Positions 1 through 12,190 of a stretch of 64,000 nt of DNA are shown here, in pieces; position 1 is the first letter of the stretch, and each line of letters starts with the position of its first letter. The position numbers and the translations under genes are program-made. The DNA is from Mobula hypostoma (Eukaryota), in the NCBI RefSeq assembly GCF_963921235.1, contig NC_086097.1:43402001-43466000 (forward strand). The letters run 5' to 3'. The notes below the pieces were generated by a model. The model did not search any database. It was given only the letters and a program-made list of their open reading frames with translations, and was not told the DNA's origin.

Positions 1-2572
1 AAAGGCATAGTATGGAAATTCTGAAGTTGAAGTCTGTGATTCATCATGACATAGGCTACAGTTTTGCAATTAAATATCCTGAAAATATTACATGGTGTTG
101 CCTAGATTTGACTATTGCTTTGTAAATTCAATGACACAATACTCTATAGTATCATTAAGTTTAGAGATTGTGAGGTTAAAAATAACAATTCACTTTCTAA
201 CTTAATCTTTACCTACTGTTATATTCAAAAAAGTTAAAAATTAGCTAAGCTGCTCTGAAAGTTACACTGGTATCTCAGCATAAGTCTGGAGAGTGCAGAT
301 TCAAGGTTGAACATTCACAGTATATATATCTTCATCTGCAGTGACATCCACTGAACTGGGGTTCAAATCCCTAATCTCCCATTGCTACATGCTGTTGTAT
401 TGGAAGGCTAGGGCAAATCCCTCTTCTCAGCAAAGAAATTGAGCTCAGGGGTTTTTTGTGAAAACTTGTCAAATAGTTGCCACTGGCCCTTGCATTTGTT
501 ACCATAGGAAAATATCTGGGGAACTAACAAGGGGATACAGCAGCTTCCATCTCCTTCAACAAATTGCTCCCCGGTCTTCTGAAATGAGCAGCCATCCAGC
601 TTGCCGTGATTAGCCATCACCGACTTCAGGCAGCTTCCCTTATCAAACCATTGGGCAATCCATTGCTGGGGGAAGTGCAGGACTTTTGCACCAGTTTAAC
701 CAGCACAGCAACACTTAATAACACATACATGCAGACATGATGCTATAATTACCACTCAGCTCCGACAAAAATGCTCTCAGTCAGCATTTTTTAAATCATT
801 AATTTAGCTTTCCCACTGAGCATAAATTGAGAAACTATATCCCCTGTAGCTTTCACCTGCTTGCCATATTTATTTCCAGTTATTTTTCCATATCTATTCA
901 TCTCACTTCAATGTACTTCTCATTACTTTAAAAACTAATCCTTATTCTTAACAGTTAAGCCAACGCCCAGCATTTTAACCCTTTTTCCTTCTGCCAAGTC
1001 TTATTTTTCCTGTACCCAGTACATTGTATTACTAAACCCAATCTACTTTATATTTAGTGTTGTTTTCACTACCGACTTTGTCAAAATAAACTTTTCTGAA
1101 GTTTCTGCATCCTTTTCAACCAAATTCCTAAAATTTTCACTTCTCTGCTACCAAGATTATTAAACTCTTGTTTTATTTGACCTGATGGTCTCTGGCACAT
1201 ACCCATGAAAACTTTCCTGTCACATGAATCTTATCTCTAACCCTCCCAAAGTAAATAGGTCCATCTTTGGTTTGTTAATTCTCTATCAAATAACAGGTCC
1301 ACAACAGAAACCTCCAATTCTCTTATTTGTTTTACCATTTGCATTTAAGGTTTAAGCAGCCCATTAGTCAGTGACCAATGAGTTGCCCTTTCTCTACTTT
1401 TATTAATATTTACTAAAGGCCATGAAGTACTGCACTCATTTCCTACCCATACCCAAATGCACATCCACCCCAACCTCTAAATTTACTATACGAATATTTT
1501 ATCCAAGCCACTGAACTATGTTTTCTTACAAAAAGATCAGGGAGATGCGTCATGACTGAACTTCCTCACTAAAATGTTACATGATGACTAGGACATATTA
1601 GGAATGTCTTCGCATCAATTTTAAAATCTCAAGTAAAGCAAAGTTAGTTTGTCAACAACCAGCAAAAAAATTCAAGACTTTTGATGATACCTCAAATAAG
1701 AAAATCACTGGAAGTACACACTTAAGCCAAAAGAACATTCTGATACAGGAAACATTTAAAATAAGTTGATAAGTGCATGATTTGTTTTTGTTTTAAAGTT
1801 TATCTCAGGGTAGGTAGAACTCAAAATTAGTACTTCAGTTGTAAAATAAAATATCAAATTTCATCTAGAGGAAAATGTTCACTTCCTTGATATCTGCACT
1901 CAAGAAAGATAGTTGGTCTTACATTGTTGGTTTTCCAGATTATAACATTATAACTAGGCACACCAGTCAATTCCTTACAGCAAGAAATAATTTAAATATT
2001 CAAACAAAACTGTTCTGAACATATATTGGGAATAGAATTTAAAGTTATTTTAGCCATTCACAAGCAAGATGCTGTTCAAGTGTTCACCTCTTAACCTACT
2101 GAAAATATAGTCAAGACTCGTTTTTGAACAGCTCTGATTTGGATAAATTACTCTACTGATTTCTTATTAAATGTTCATGCAGCATAATTTGTCATCAATT
2201 ATTCTGATCACCTGTACATTATCTCATTTTTCTCTTTCTTGATAACATACAACTAAATTGCTTGAACTGATTCATACTTGTAATATTACTTGAAATTTCA
2301 GCTGAATTTTCAGCTTTTGAATGCAAGTGGTAATAAGTTAGACATGCAACAATAGGGAAAGAAAATTATAACTGACATTTTAAGGAAGACAATATAAGGA
2401 AAATCAAAGGGATTCTCGATCTAGCAGTTCCAGATTTAAAGATCTCCTGCAATATGCAATTACTCATTTGTGATTGACTGATGACTGCTAAAACACATTG
2501 AAAGTTAAACAACTGGAAATGTGGGGTAACTATGATGTAGTGATTAGGTTGTGCTTATTTAGTAACACTTAC

Positions 2573-2755
2573 TTCCTCATTAAATAACTTGCTAGTTTCT
2601 TTCTTTACAGGGTCTATAAGTTGAACCTGTCCTGCAGAAAAGCCCACAAGGAGCGAGACACTTTCGGCTGTAGCTGTCAGATGATTGAAATCGTGGCAGG
2701 TGGGCTGTGTTCCCTTGTATATCCGCTTGTCTATAGGTTTGCTTAAATCTGCAGC
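2573..2755 (-). CDS. WDR20: WD repeat-containing protein 20, coding exon 2 (61 codons); gene continues beyond the left edge of the window
   Basis: Minus strand: acceptor tttttgcttccttag|GCT GCA GAT TTA AGC..., translating AADLSKPIDKRIYKGTQPTCHDFNHLTATAESVSLLVGFSAGQVQLIDPVKKETSKLFNEE, then donor GAA|GTAAGT. Phase 0 matches exon 1. Intron 1 is about 25.5 kb. The ORF track shows a different frame here. Confidence 0.95.
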
Positions 2756-3921
2756 CTAAGGAAGCAAAAAGAAACATTGATCATACTTTTGTTTTTGACC
2801 TCTCACATCCAACTCAATGAACATTCACGAATTCCACACACAACTGTGGAATATTACAAACTACATAATCTGCAAACATTAAAATTCTTTATTTCATACT
2901 GTTCACAAGTACATAATACAGTTTGTGATCAAAAGCCAAGATGTAGTAACCAAGGACTAAAGTGTAGGTGTAAACAATAACAAAGGAATTCTTTGGCAAC
3001 TTTCCTATGGAAAAATTTCTAAGAAGTCATTTAACTGACTTCATGTTTCAGTATTGTTTACTTTTTGCCTGCAAAAAAAATCAAAAAACTTTCCTCATGC
3101 TGCAAGCAAGTAACATAAAGAACCATCTATTTTAAACATTAGCTTGTTCACCTAGATTTTTTAAAAGTATAGGAACATACAGAAACTTTAGTTTTATTAG
3201 GAAAAGAGTTTTGCCAAATATTAGGAAGTGTTTCCATCTATGACATTACATCAAAGTTTTCTTCTATCCACGATTTATGAAAAAGGTTCAAAAACAATTC
3301 AGACTAATCCAAAGAGTCTAGTGTAATGTAAATATAGTCAAATTCTGCTGACAGTATTACTGCATTGGTGATGATGAATACTGATACTACTGAAAGATAT
3401 TTTAATGGAATATATGAGCTGCTATCACTAATAAATATAGGTTTGAACTTTGTGGTATTTTTCCTCCCCCACTTGCATTTTCAGTTCTCACATCAGATTA
3501 GCCTGTGTGCATAATACCTGTGGGTCTTTTCCACCTCTGAAAAGCTAAATATTCCTACATTTACAAAACCAAGTTTTTAGAAAACCAAGATACTATGCAA
3601 AGAGTTTGAGGATTTTAACATCTAGAATTGTTTAACAGTTGTGACAAAAACAGTAAACAGCAGATATCTGTAGTTAAGAGGCCTAAGTGTCCCCACACAA
3701 GTAACCTTGCAAGGTTATAGTTTGCCAATTCAATCAGATATCCTTCAGGATAAACTAAGGGCCACGTTTATGTAATGTGACTACAACAAATTGGTCCAAA
3801 TCTAAATAATACTAATTATTCAGTGGATGCCAAAAACACTAATTAAAGCATTTTCTCATTAAAATAGCTTACACATACCAAGACTTTTTCAAAAATCAAA
3901 AAGAATGTTACATAGCAATTC

Positions 3922-4130
3922 AAGCAACACACACAAAATGCTGGTGGAACGCAGCCGGCCAGGCAGCATCTACAGGAAGAAGCACAGTTAACATTTCGGG
4001 TCGTCCTGACGAAGGGTCTCGGCCCGAAACGTCGACTGTATTTCTTCCTATGGATGCTGCCTGGCCTGCTGCGTTCCACCAGTATTTTGTGTGTTGCTTG
4101 AATTTCCAGCATCTGCAGATTTTCTCGTGT
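3922..4130 (+). mobile_element. Penelope-terminal-repeat-derived fold-back element with hammerhead ribozyme motif
   Basis: Inverted arms (3922-4000 vs about 4021-4100), same sequence as the 3' end of the Penelope element at 20135-20230. 14-bp TSD TTACATAGCAATTC at 3908-3921 and 4131-4144. Confidence 0.85.
4003..4036 (+). ncRNA. Minimal type-I hammerhead ribozyme, intact core
   Basis: GTC|CTGACGA|A|GGGT-CTCG-GCCC|GAAA|C-GTC^|GAC: stem I GUC/GAC, conserved CUGANGA and GAAA, 4-bp stem II, loop-less palindromic stem III (ACGU), GUC cleavage triplet. Confidence 0.75.
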
Positions 4131-6583
4131 TTACATAGCAATTCTATGGCTCAGGCACTCAACCAAGACAATGGTATCATAACATTGGCCATCAATAAGT
4201 TTCGGTTCTCAGTGATGAATTTTCAAAATCTATGGAAGCATATCATTCCACTTTCATGTTGACAGACGCTAAACCATTTCCACCAGTCTGATGATCTTCC
4301 ACAAGTGCTGCACCAACAGTTCAACTTGAACTCTCACGATATTCAAATTAAAATGCAATCCTGCAGACTTAAAACACGATCTTATTTGGTGTTGTCGACA
4401 GGCATGTCCAGTTTAGTATCTGCAAGGGGAAATTTAACATCAAACAATATCCGTAACACCAAAAAAAAAATGCAGTTCCTCCCAATTCGGATAGAAACAA
4501 TGCTGCAGCATTACAGCAGTTGGTACTGTTGAAGACAAAACTGACGACAGATTACATATTCTAGAGCAACAATCAATCAGCTGGAGGAACTCAGTGGGCT
4601 CAGCAGAATCCATGGGTTTGGGGAGGGGGGCGGTGGCAGAAGAGATGGTGGCAAAATTCTGCATGGTAACAGACAGTTGGTATTATTGCCTGACAGATCT
4701 AGCAACCTGGGATCAATACCAGTCTCAAGTGCTGTGTGCGGCTTTCATGTTTTCCCTATGTCCACATTGCTCCCATTCTGTTAGGTTAAATTGATGTCTC
4801 TGTTAATTGTCCCTTGCATATGTGGGTGGTAGGAGAATCAGGGCAGAGAGGATGGCCATGTGAGAAAAACCAGGCTACAGAGGAATCAGATTGATCATAA
4901 CGTCCTCAGCTGACAAAGATTCACTTGGCCAAATTGTCATCTTTAAAGCTGCGAGGGGAAAAAAAGAAATACTTTTGAAACTGTCTTGAAATTTCTCTCA
5001 AAGCCATAAGAGCTCTCTCCCCAGCCCAAAAAAAGAGTAGCAGTACCTCAAACAGTAAAACTGTTTTCCAGTAAAACAAGTTTTTGCTTTTTATTTAGAA
5101 CAGATATTAAATCTTCACACAGACTGAGAAATTTTTAGCAGAAATAAATAAATTATTCCAAGATCTGAATTCATGTAAAATGTCAGAAGCTACAATAGAA
5201 GAGGTGTGTTGCTGGCATTATGGCCAGTGGGTGTTAAGTGCACCCAACTTGGAAAATACAATTTTGTAACACTCCAACAGTTTCAATATGTAAAAAGAAT
5301 CAAAATACAATTTTAGATTGCACTTAGATGTAAATGGGTTACCCAGATTTGAAATGTAGTTTTGGAATAAAGCACAACCCAGGATAAATTCCCGGATGAA
5401 AAAGACTATTATGCACTAGTGACAAGGGAGCAATAACACCATCACAATAACTCATTTGAAAATCTAAAGACCCGTATAGTTTTGTAAAATAATATTCCAT
5501 TCAAAATGCTTCTAGGTAGCTACACTATTCAAACTATTATTCATTTGTAGTCATTAGTACTCCGTTTTGTGATCTATAAAAAGATAAAACTGCAGCACAC
5601 CAAAACCTATAGAATCCTTTTGTTTTTAAACTGAACATTTTCCACAAAGCCATTGAATTACACAAATTGCCTGTGTTGAATCGAGACAAAGCATTGCAAA
5701 CTAATAAAAAGGTCTGGAACTTTCGAGTTTGCTTCCTAAATTTCTCCAACTTTCCCTCCTTTAAGGTACACCTTGATATTTAACTCCTTGACTGAGCTTT
5801 TTAACAATGTATGATGTCTGGTTTAATAAAACTGAGACTCATTGCGTTTTATACACATACACATAGCATTAGACAGTGAATCAAACTTGAATACACATTA
5901 GCTTAAAAGTAGCCTGCTTGGATTTCCTCCAGGTGTTTTGATGTCCTCCCACATCCCAAAGATGTGCATGTTGGTTGGTTGGTTAATTGGCTGTTGTATT
6001 TGCCCCTAGCGTGTAGACAAGTGACAGAATTTGCAAGGCATTCCTGAGAATGTTTTCGTGTTGTACACCTCCATGGCTCTATCTTCAGATGATCAACATG
6101 CCAACCATTTTGTCTTCAAAATATCACCGGAGTTCTATATAACTCTTCTGTGCCTTCCAAATCAAATCATCCACCCCTTCTGCTGACAGAAGTTGTTTAG
6201 GCTAAACCAAAAAGAAATGGCGAGCCTGAGGTCAAAATCTGAACTCAAATTAGTTGGGTAGAATGAAAGAAATATGTAGGATGATTTGCTTACAATTCTG
6301 GACTATGGAGGTGTTCAAACTTCTGTGATACATTCTCAGGGCAGACAGGTATAGCAACATGCTGGGTGGAGAAATACTCCCATCTAAAAATGAATGCAAT
6401 TACTGTATCTTATTCCTTATGACCCTAGTAAACTGCTGCCCAAACCCTTATTATCGGTACACATTAAATACATGGTGCTCACAGAGACAGTATGAAACAA
6501 GCCTCTAAAGAACATTAGTAACTTGTTAAAGAGACATTAGAACAGGCAGGGAACTGAGGGATCCAGACCACATACAGGCAGAT

Positions 6584-6825
6584 TATCATCATCAGATGCC
6601 GTGCCCTGTTTGAGCTTTGACTGCCATGGCCCACACACTCCTGTTTCGGGTCAAGTGGATCAATTCATTGATATTCATTTCCAGTTCTCCGGCTGCTGTC
6701 TCTATCATCATTTGTCTTCCTCTCGCTTTCTTCCTTTCAATCTTTCCCATAATTACTGTGCATTCTAACTCCTCTTTCTTAATCACATGTCCAATGAAGT
6801 TACGTTGCCTTTTCATGATATTGTG
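6584..6825 (-). mobile_element. 5'-truncated RTE-clade LINE 3' end
   Basis: Minus ORF RQRNFIGHVIKKEELECTVIMGKIERKKARGRQ...RNRSVW resembles the RTE C-terminus. Short (GAT)n tail. 9-bp TSD CAGGCAGAT at 6575-6583 and 6826-6834. Confidence 0.75.
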
Positions 6826-7526
6826 CAGGCAGATACACAATTTAAATTAGCCTCATGGTCAGCACAAATACCATGGATCAAGAAGTTTGTTCCTCTGTTC
6901 TGTTACCACCTCTATAGATCTGTTTAAAAGTTTGTGTTTTGATAATATTCACTCTTTTTACCCTCCTACCTCACCGTTATTTCTTAAATACACTGTTTAC
7001 TCGCTAAAAAAGCGCAAGGAATTGATGCATACAACCCAGAATTACAAAACATTCTTGAAGCTAGTGACTTTCAGAAAATTTTGCACATTTCAAGCAGCTT
7101 TATTAATTAACATAGCGCATCGAGTATTTCATATCTGCATATTTGAGGCATGGACAGTTTGGCATTCCAATAATTTCATTTGCCAAGTAGATTCTAACTA
7201 TATAACAACATTTCTATTTCCTTTGCTTAGGTGATATAAATGGCATCAATTATAACATATTGTGAACCGACGTAATAAAACAGCACTGAAAGCAAATACA
7301 AGTAATTCCTTGGAGGACAGACAACACTAGAAATGTACACTGGATCCTTTTCTGATGTGATAAGACTGATGGAATGCAGACAGCCCTTCTATCAGAATGA
7401 AAGGTGTATTTCCCATATTAGAGTAGGGTATAGTACAATGGATTTTAACTTTATATTCATCTTATAATAATGTTTTGTACCTCACAACATGGCCTCATCA
7501 TTTCTCAGAAATATCAACCTTAATTA

Positions 7527-7965
7527 CGAGGGGTGATTGATAAGTTCATGGCCTAATGTAGAAGATGAGTTATTAATTTCAAACTTTCTGCATTTTCACT
7601 CAAAGAGTTGAACTGCACGTGCACGTAACGAGAGCTGTATAACTCATCTCCTTCTACCTTAGGCCACGAACTTATCAATCACCCCTGCTGCAGTCTACCT
7701 GGAGGTCCACGACGCTCTCGTTACATGCATGTGCAGGTCAACTCTGAGTGATAATGCAGAAAGTTGGAAGTTAATAACTCATCTCCTTCTACCTTAGGCC
7801 ACCAATTTATCAATCACCCTTGCTGTGGACCACTTCTACAAAGACGGGATCCGTATGCTCCATGACCACTGGACTAAGTGTGTATATGTAGGGAAAATAA
7901 ATGTGCTGGGTTTCCTAAAATTGACTCCTTCTACCTGAGGCCACGAACTTCTCAATCACCCCTCG
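7527..7965 (+). mobile_element. Non-autonomous mariner element (MITE-like)
   Basis: TA TSDs at 7525-7526 and 7966-7967. TIRs CGAGGGGTGATTGATAAGTTC / GAACTTCTCAATCACCCCTCG. Remnant transposase C-terminus FYKDGIRMLHDHWTKCVYVG near 7834-7893. Confidence 0.85.
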
Positions 7966-8074
7966 TATGTTCATGCTTAGATCAAAGTACAGCACTATCA
8001 TTGAATCCATATTAGTAACAACAAGAACATCTACAAAGTGAACAGCTTCATCACATTTCATAGTATGAAGTTCA

Positions 8075-8240
8075 AGACAAAAGAAAATCTGCAGATACTG
8101 GAAATCCAAACAACACACACAAAATGCTGGAGGAACTCAGGTCAGGCAGCATCTGTGAAAAAGAATACAGTCAATATTTCAGGCCGAGACCCTTCATCAG
8201 GACTGAAGATGATGAGCAGTCAGAGTAAGGTGGTGGGGGG
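8075..8240 (-). mobile_element. Penelope terminal repeat fragment with hammerhead motif (8168-8205)
   Basis: Minus strand CAGTC-CTGATGA-A-GGGTCTCGGCCT-GAAA-TATT-GACTG followed by the family tail ending GCAGATTTTCTTT. Confidence 0.75.
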
Positions 8241-9099
8241 AATGGAGGGAAGTTCAAGATATTGGTAGCAGTCACCTAAACAAAAAGGCACAAGCCAAGA
8301 AAAGCAACTACAAATAATCAAAGCTGGCATCGGAACATATTGTTACGTGACTGCACAAGACAGAATTCTTGAAATAACTGAGAACCAAATGGAATAATGT
8401 TTTACTTTGTATGCGATCCTAAATACTAACAATGATATTGGAATTAACTTGCTTGAAGGAAATCATAATTTGAAATATTTTAATTTATGTTAAAAATCAG
8501 GTCAAAAGTAGTTCTTCACCACCGGGCATTTTTCCCCATTCTTTACACACCTGTAGAAGTTAAAATAGACAACTGGATGATAGTAATTACACTTTCTATT
8601 TGCTTTACTTGCCAAGAAATCAGACTTAGCAAAATAAATCTAGAGGTTACTTTGATATTACAGCTTAGGGATAAAATGTATATTTACACTCAATCATAAA
8701 GGAGCAACAACACATGCTGCAGCATATAAAACAGGACTCAACATCCAGCACCCTATTTTGCTTGAGATCCTAGAGTCTGTGCCTTTTAACAATGATGCTG
8801 CAAACATAGTCAAAACTTTCTACCTGTCAAACATCTTTAAATGCAACACAACTACACGAGTTATTTTTTATATTACCACCAAATTCAGTAATGTAACTCA
8901 AGCTCAATTTTAATCAAAATAACTACTTGCTTAGAAGACACACAAAACCTCAGCTAACAGGATGAATTTCTCATTTGTTATGACTCAAGAGGTAGCCAGT
9001 TAGCCCATCACATCATGCTGGCTCTCAGATTAATACCATCAGTCCAATTTGCCCACTTTTTTTTCCTGTAACACATTCCTTCGCATACACATCTGCCCC

Positions 9100-9320
9100 A
9101 TCCTTATTCTATCACACACCTACACTAGGGGCAATTCATTACAGTCAATTAACCCTGCCAGCCAGGATGTCTTTGGGATGCGGGAAGAAACTGAAAACCC
9201 AGACAACTAGAGTGAGAATGTACAAAGTGCACAAAGGTAGCACCAAAGAGAGAGGATCAACCTTGTGTAGCTGGAGCCATGAAGCAGGAGCACTACATGT
9301 GGCATTGCTGTGAGTCAAAC
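9100..9320 (-). mobile_element. V-SINE-like element
   Basis: Reverse complement of the TTCTTCCCGCATCCCAAAGAC...GGTTAATTGACTGTAATG...TTGCCCCTAGTG core shared with the copies at 5900-6050, 18010-18225 and 41960-42220. Confidence 0.55.
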
Positions 9321-11649
9321 AAAAACAAATGATTGATTTATAATACATTTAAATACTAGTCTCTGTAGAATATGAAAATAATAGCATCCATGAATTCAAT
9401 CTAGATCAAAAAACTAAACAAATACGTATGACTCTAATAGTCGAGCAGTTAAATTAGAAAGCATGTGTTTAATGAGCTTCCCTCGCCTTTCCAAGGTTCT
9501 AATACGAATAGTGAGTATACAGTACATGTACTCATCTATTCTACAGTACAGTACATCTAAAGTGCAGTGCATGTAGTTTAGTTTGGAGAGCAAGCTACAA
9601 CTTGATGGAAAACTGCAAGTGTATTTGCCTCTCTTTTACTATAATAAATATCATTATCTTTTCTTGTACTTTAAGTACACCATCATTAATTTATTATTGA
9701 TAGCGGCTGTTTGCATAATTAAATTTAGCCGAAGGTAATTGTCAAGTGGTAAATGTATAAGTATTAAGATTAGCTTTACTTGTCACATATGCATCGAAAC
9801 AGAGTGAAATGCATCATTTGCATCAGTGACCCACACATCTGAAGATGACACCTGTGTGCCGGAGACAGCCCACAGGCATCGCCTTGCTTCCAGCACCAAT
9901 ACAGCATTTCCACGACTTGCTAACCCAAACGTCTTTGGAACATGGGAGAAAACCAGAACACGCAGAGGAAACCTCTGCAGTCATACTGAGAACATTACAG
10001 ATTGAATCTTAATTGCTGATTGCTGGTGCTGTAATGGTGTTATACCAACCATTACACTACCATGCCACATATGTTTCAACCCTAAAACTATTCTGTGTCA
10101 TGCTGGTAAAGTCTTTACTCCAATGTTAAAAATACACCGAGAACTTGTTTAATGTCTTACTTTAAAACCTCTTCCTAATGTTTTTGTGACTCTGTAAATA
10201 TTTTTGAACTTGCATTTCTGTACTTTTTCCTCCAAACCTACAGGTCATAACCATTGGGTCAGTTTTTTAAAATTACATCTGGAACTCCTATCAACATAAA
10301 AAGATGATGAAGATACAAAAGTCTGTTTTAAAAATGGCTGCATTTTTAATAAAAAGGAAAATAAAATGTGAGAAAATGAATAACATTAAGACACTGGATA
10401 TTACACTAAATCAGATCAGTACATGGTATTAAGATGTGGGTTTGAATTTCAGTAATCTTGGAAAACCTCCTCCCATTGATTACAGGCCTGCAATGCACAC
10501 TCAGACATGGGATCGTAACAAACTGCCATACTCAGATCACCGGGAATGAAGGTCAGAAAATATACTGGGTGCAGTTTCTGTATTCTCTTTGGAGCTTTAG
10601 GCTCTGTTGCTCGAGCAAAGTAGTGCAAACCTCAACTCAGTGAAGAGCTCAATGTCAAGAGGCTCCATCTTTTAAGTGAGATATTAACAAATTGCAAAAG
10701 CATCCCTCCAAATTGCCTGTGGATTGCAAGGAAAAGATAAAAGGAAAATTGCATAAAAAGGAAAACCTTTATTTGAAAATTTACTTTAACTGGGGAATAC
10801 ATCCAAGCTTGTACTAAAATGCAAGGCTGTTATGTGGATATGTACAATATAGGATTTAACATGTGCAAACTTACAAGGTGCAGTTTCCATCACAATTACA
10901 TTTTATTGCTATTCTTTTGTACAAAAAAAGCTACAAAGTTCAGTTAAGAAAAATGTGCATAGAATGTGTTGTTAGTTTCAAATAATTCAATGTTAAATAG
11001 GAGGAACTTCCATACTGAGAGGGGGAGATGAAGCCAAATGTTTGTACATTTGCATTTCTGTGAACAATTAAGAAATCCAACCAGAAAATAAAATACTGAA
11101 CTCAATTCTAATAGACTTTGCAATTTAAGTTTTGCAGCAGCTATTGAAATTTGTTCATAACCAACAGCCAACTACACGGGTTATTTAGCTAGCATTTGGT
11201 GGAAAAATATACAAAATTCAATTTAAAAATTTGTTCTGCTATACTCAAACTCATTATATAATACAACACCCCCTCCACCAAAAAAGCAGTTCTTCTAATC
11301 CAAGAACTTTGTATAATTGCATATTACCTTGTAACTATCATCCCCTAACCAATACACCCTCTCCTGTCAGTGATTTTGTGGATTTGCTGGTAGATCTACA
11401 ATGATACCTGCATCTTTGGCAAACTCATTTAAAGAAATTTAAAGAATGAATCACTTGACAGTTTGAGTGTTGAAGAGAATATTGTCTATTATCAACATTC
11501 TTTTGCTGTTCCTGGGCCACTGAAGCAAATAAGCAACCTGTTCACAAATATTTTTAAAGCCTGCTCCATCATGAGCTGAAGTATTCTCCCATCTAGTCTC
11601 AAATTCCGGCTTTCTCCCCATATCCCTTGATACCCTGACTAATTATATA

Positions 11650-12190
11650 TTGTATTGTATACAGTTCTAGTCACTGAATTATAGGAAAGATGTCAATAAA
11701 ATTGAGAGAGTACAGAGGAGGTTTACTAAAATGTTGCCTGGGTTTCACCTAAGTTACAGAGAAAGGTTGAACAAGTTAGGTCTTTATTCTTTGGAGCACA
11801 GAAGGTTGAGGGGGGACTTGATAGAGGTGTTTAAAATTATGAGGGGGATTGATAGAGTTGACATGGTTAAACTTTTTCCATTGAGAGTGGGGAAGACTCA
11901 AACAAGAGGACATGAGTTGAAAGTTAGAGGACAAAAGTTTAGGGGTAACATGAGGGGGAACTTCTTGACTCAGAGAGTGGTAGCTGTGTGGAATGAGCGT
12001 CCAGCAGAAGTGGTTGAGGCAGGTTCAATATTGTCCTTTAAAGTTAAATTGGATAGACATATGGACAGGAGAGGAATGGAGGGTTATGGGCTGAGTGCAG
12101 GTCGGTGGAACTAGGATAGGGTAAGAGTTCGGCACGGACTAGAAGGGTCAAGATGGCCTGTTTCCGTGCTGTAATTGTTATATGGTTATA
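11650..12190 (+). mobile_element. CR1 LINE 3' end
   Basis: ORF LSYRERLNKLGLYSLEHRRLRGDLIEVFKIMRG...TRGH.LK...FLTQRVV..WN (CR1 ORF2 C-terminus), followed by the CR1-type 3' UTR and a short repeat tail. Confidence 0.9.

Noticed and set aside
2592..2777. ORF-track 61-aa minus ORF MFLFASLG...
   Set aside because: Wrong frame; the real coding frame is WDR20 exon 2 (2573-2755).
3843..4262. Recurrent small ORFs such as MLEIQATHKIL... and MDAAWPAAFHQ..., also at 8038, 32017, 48909 and 62671, as a peptide family
   Set aside because: Translations of the non-coding Penelope terminal repeat; frames and stops are not conserved between copies.
4212..4291. C/D-box snoRNA-like pair (GTGATGA ... CTGA, 80 nt span)
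   Set aside because: Lies antisense to the WDR20 host intron, has only about a 3-bp terminal stem, and I recognise no rRNA/snRNA guide; likely chance.
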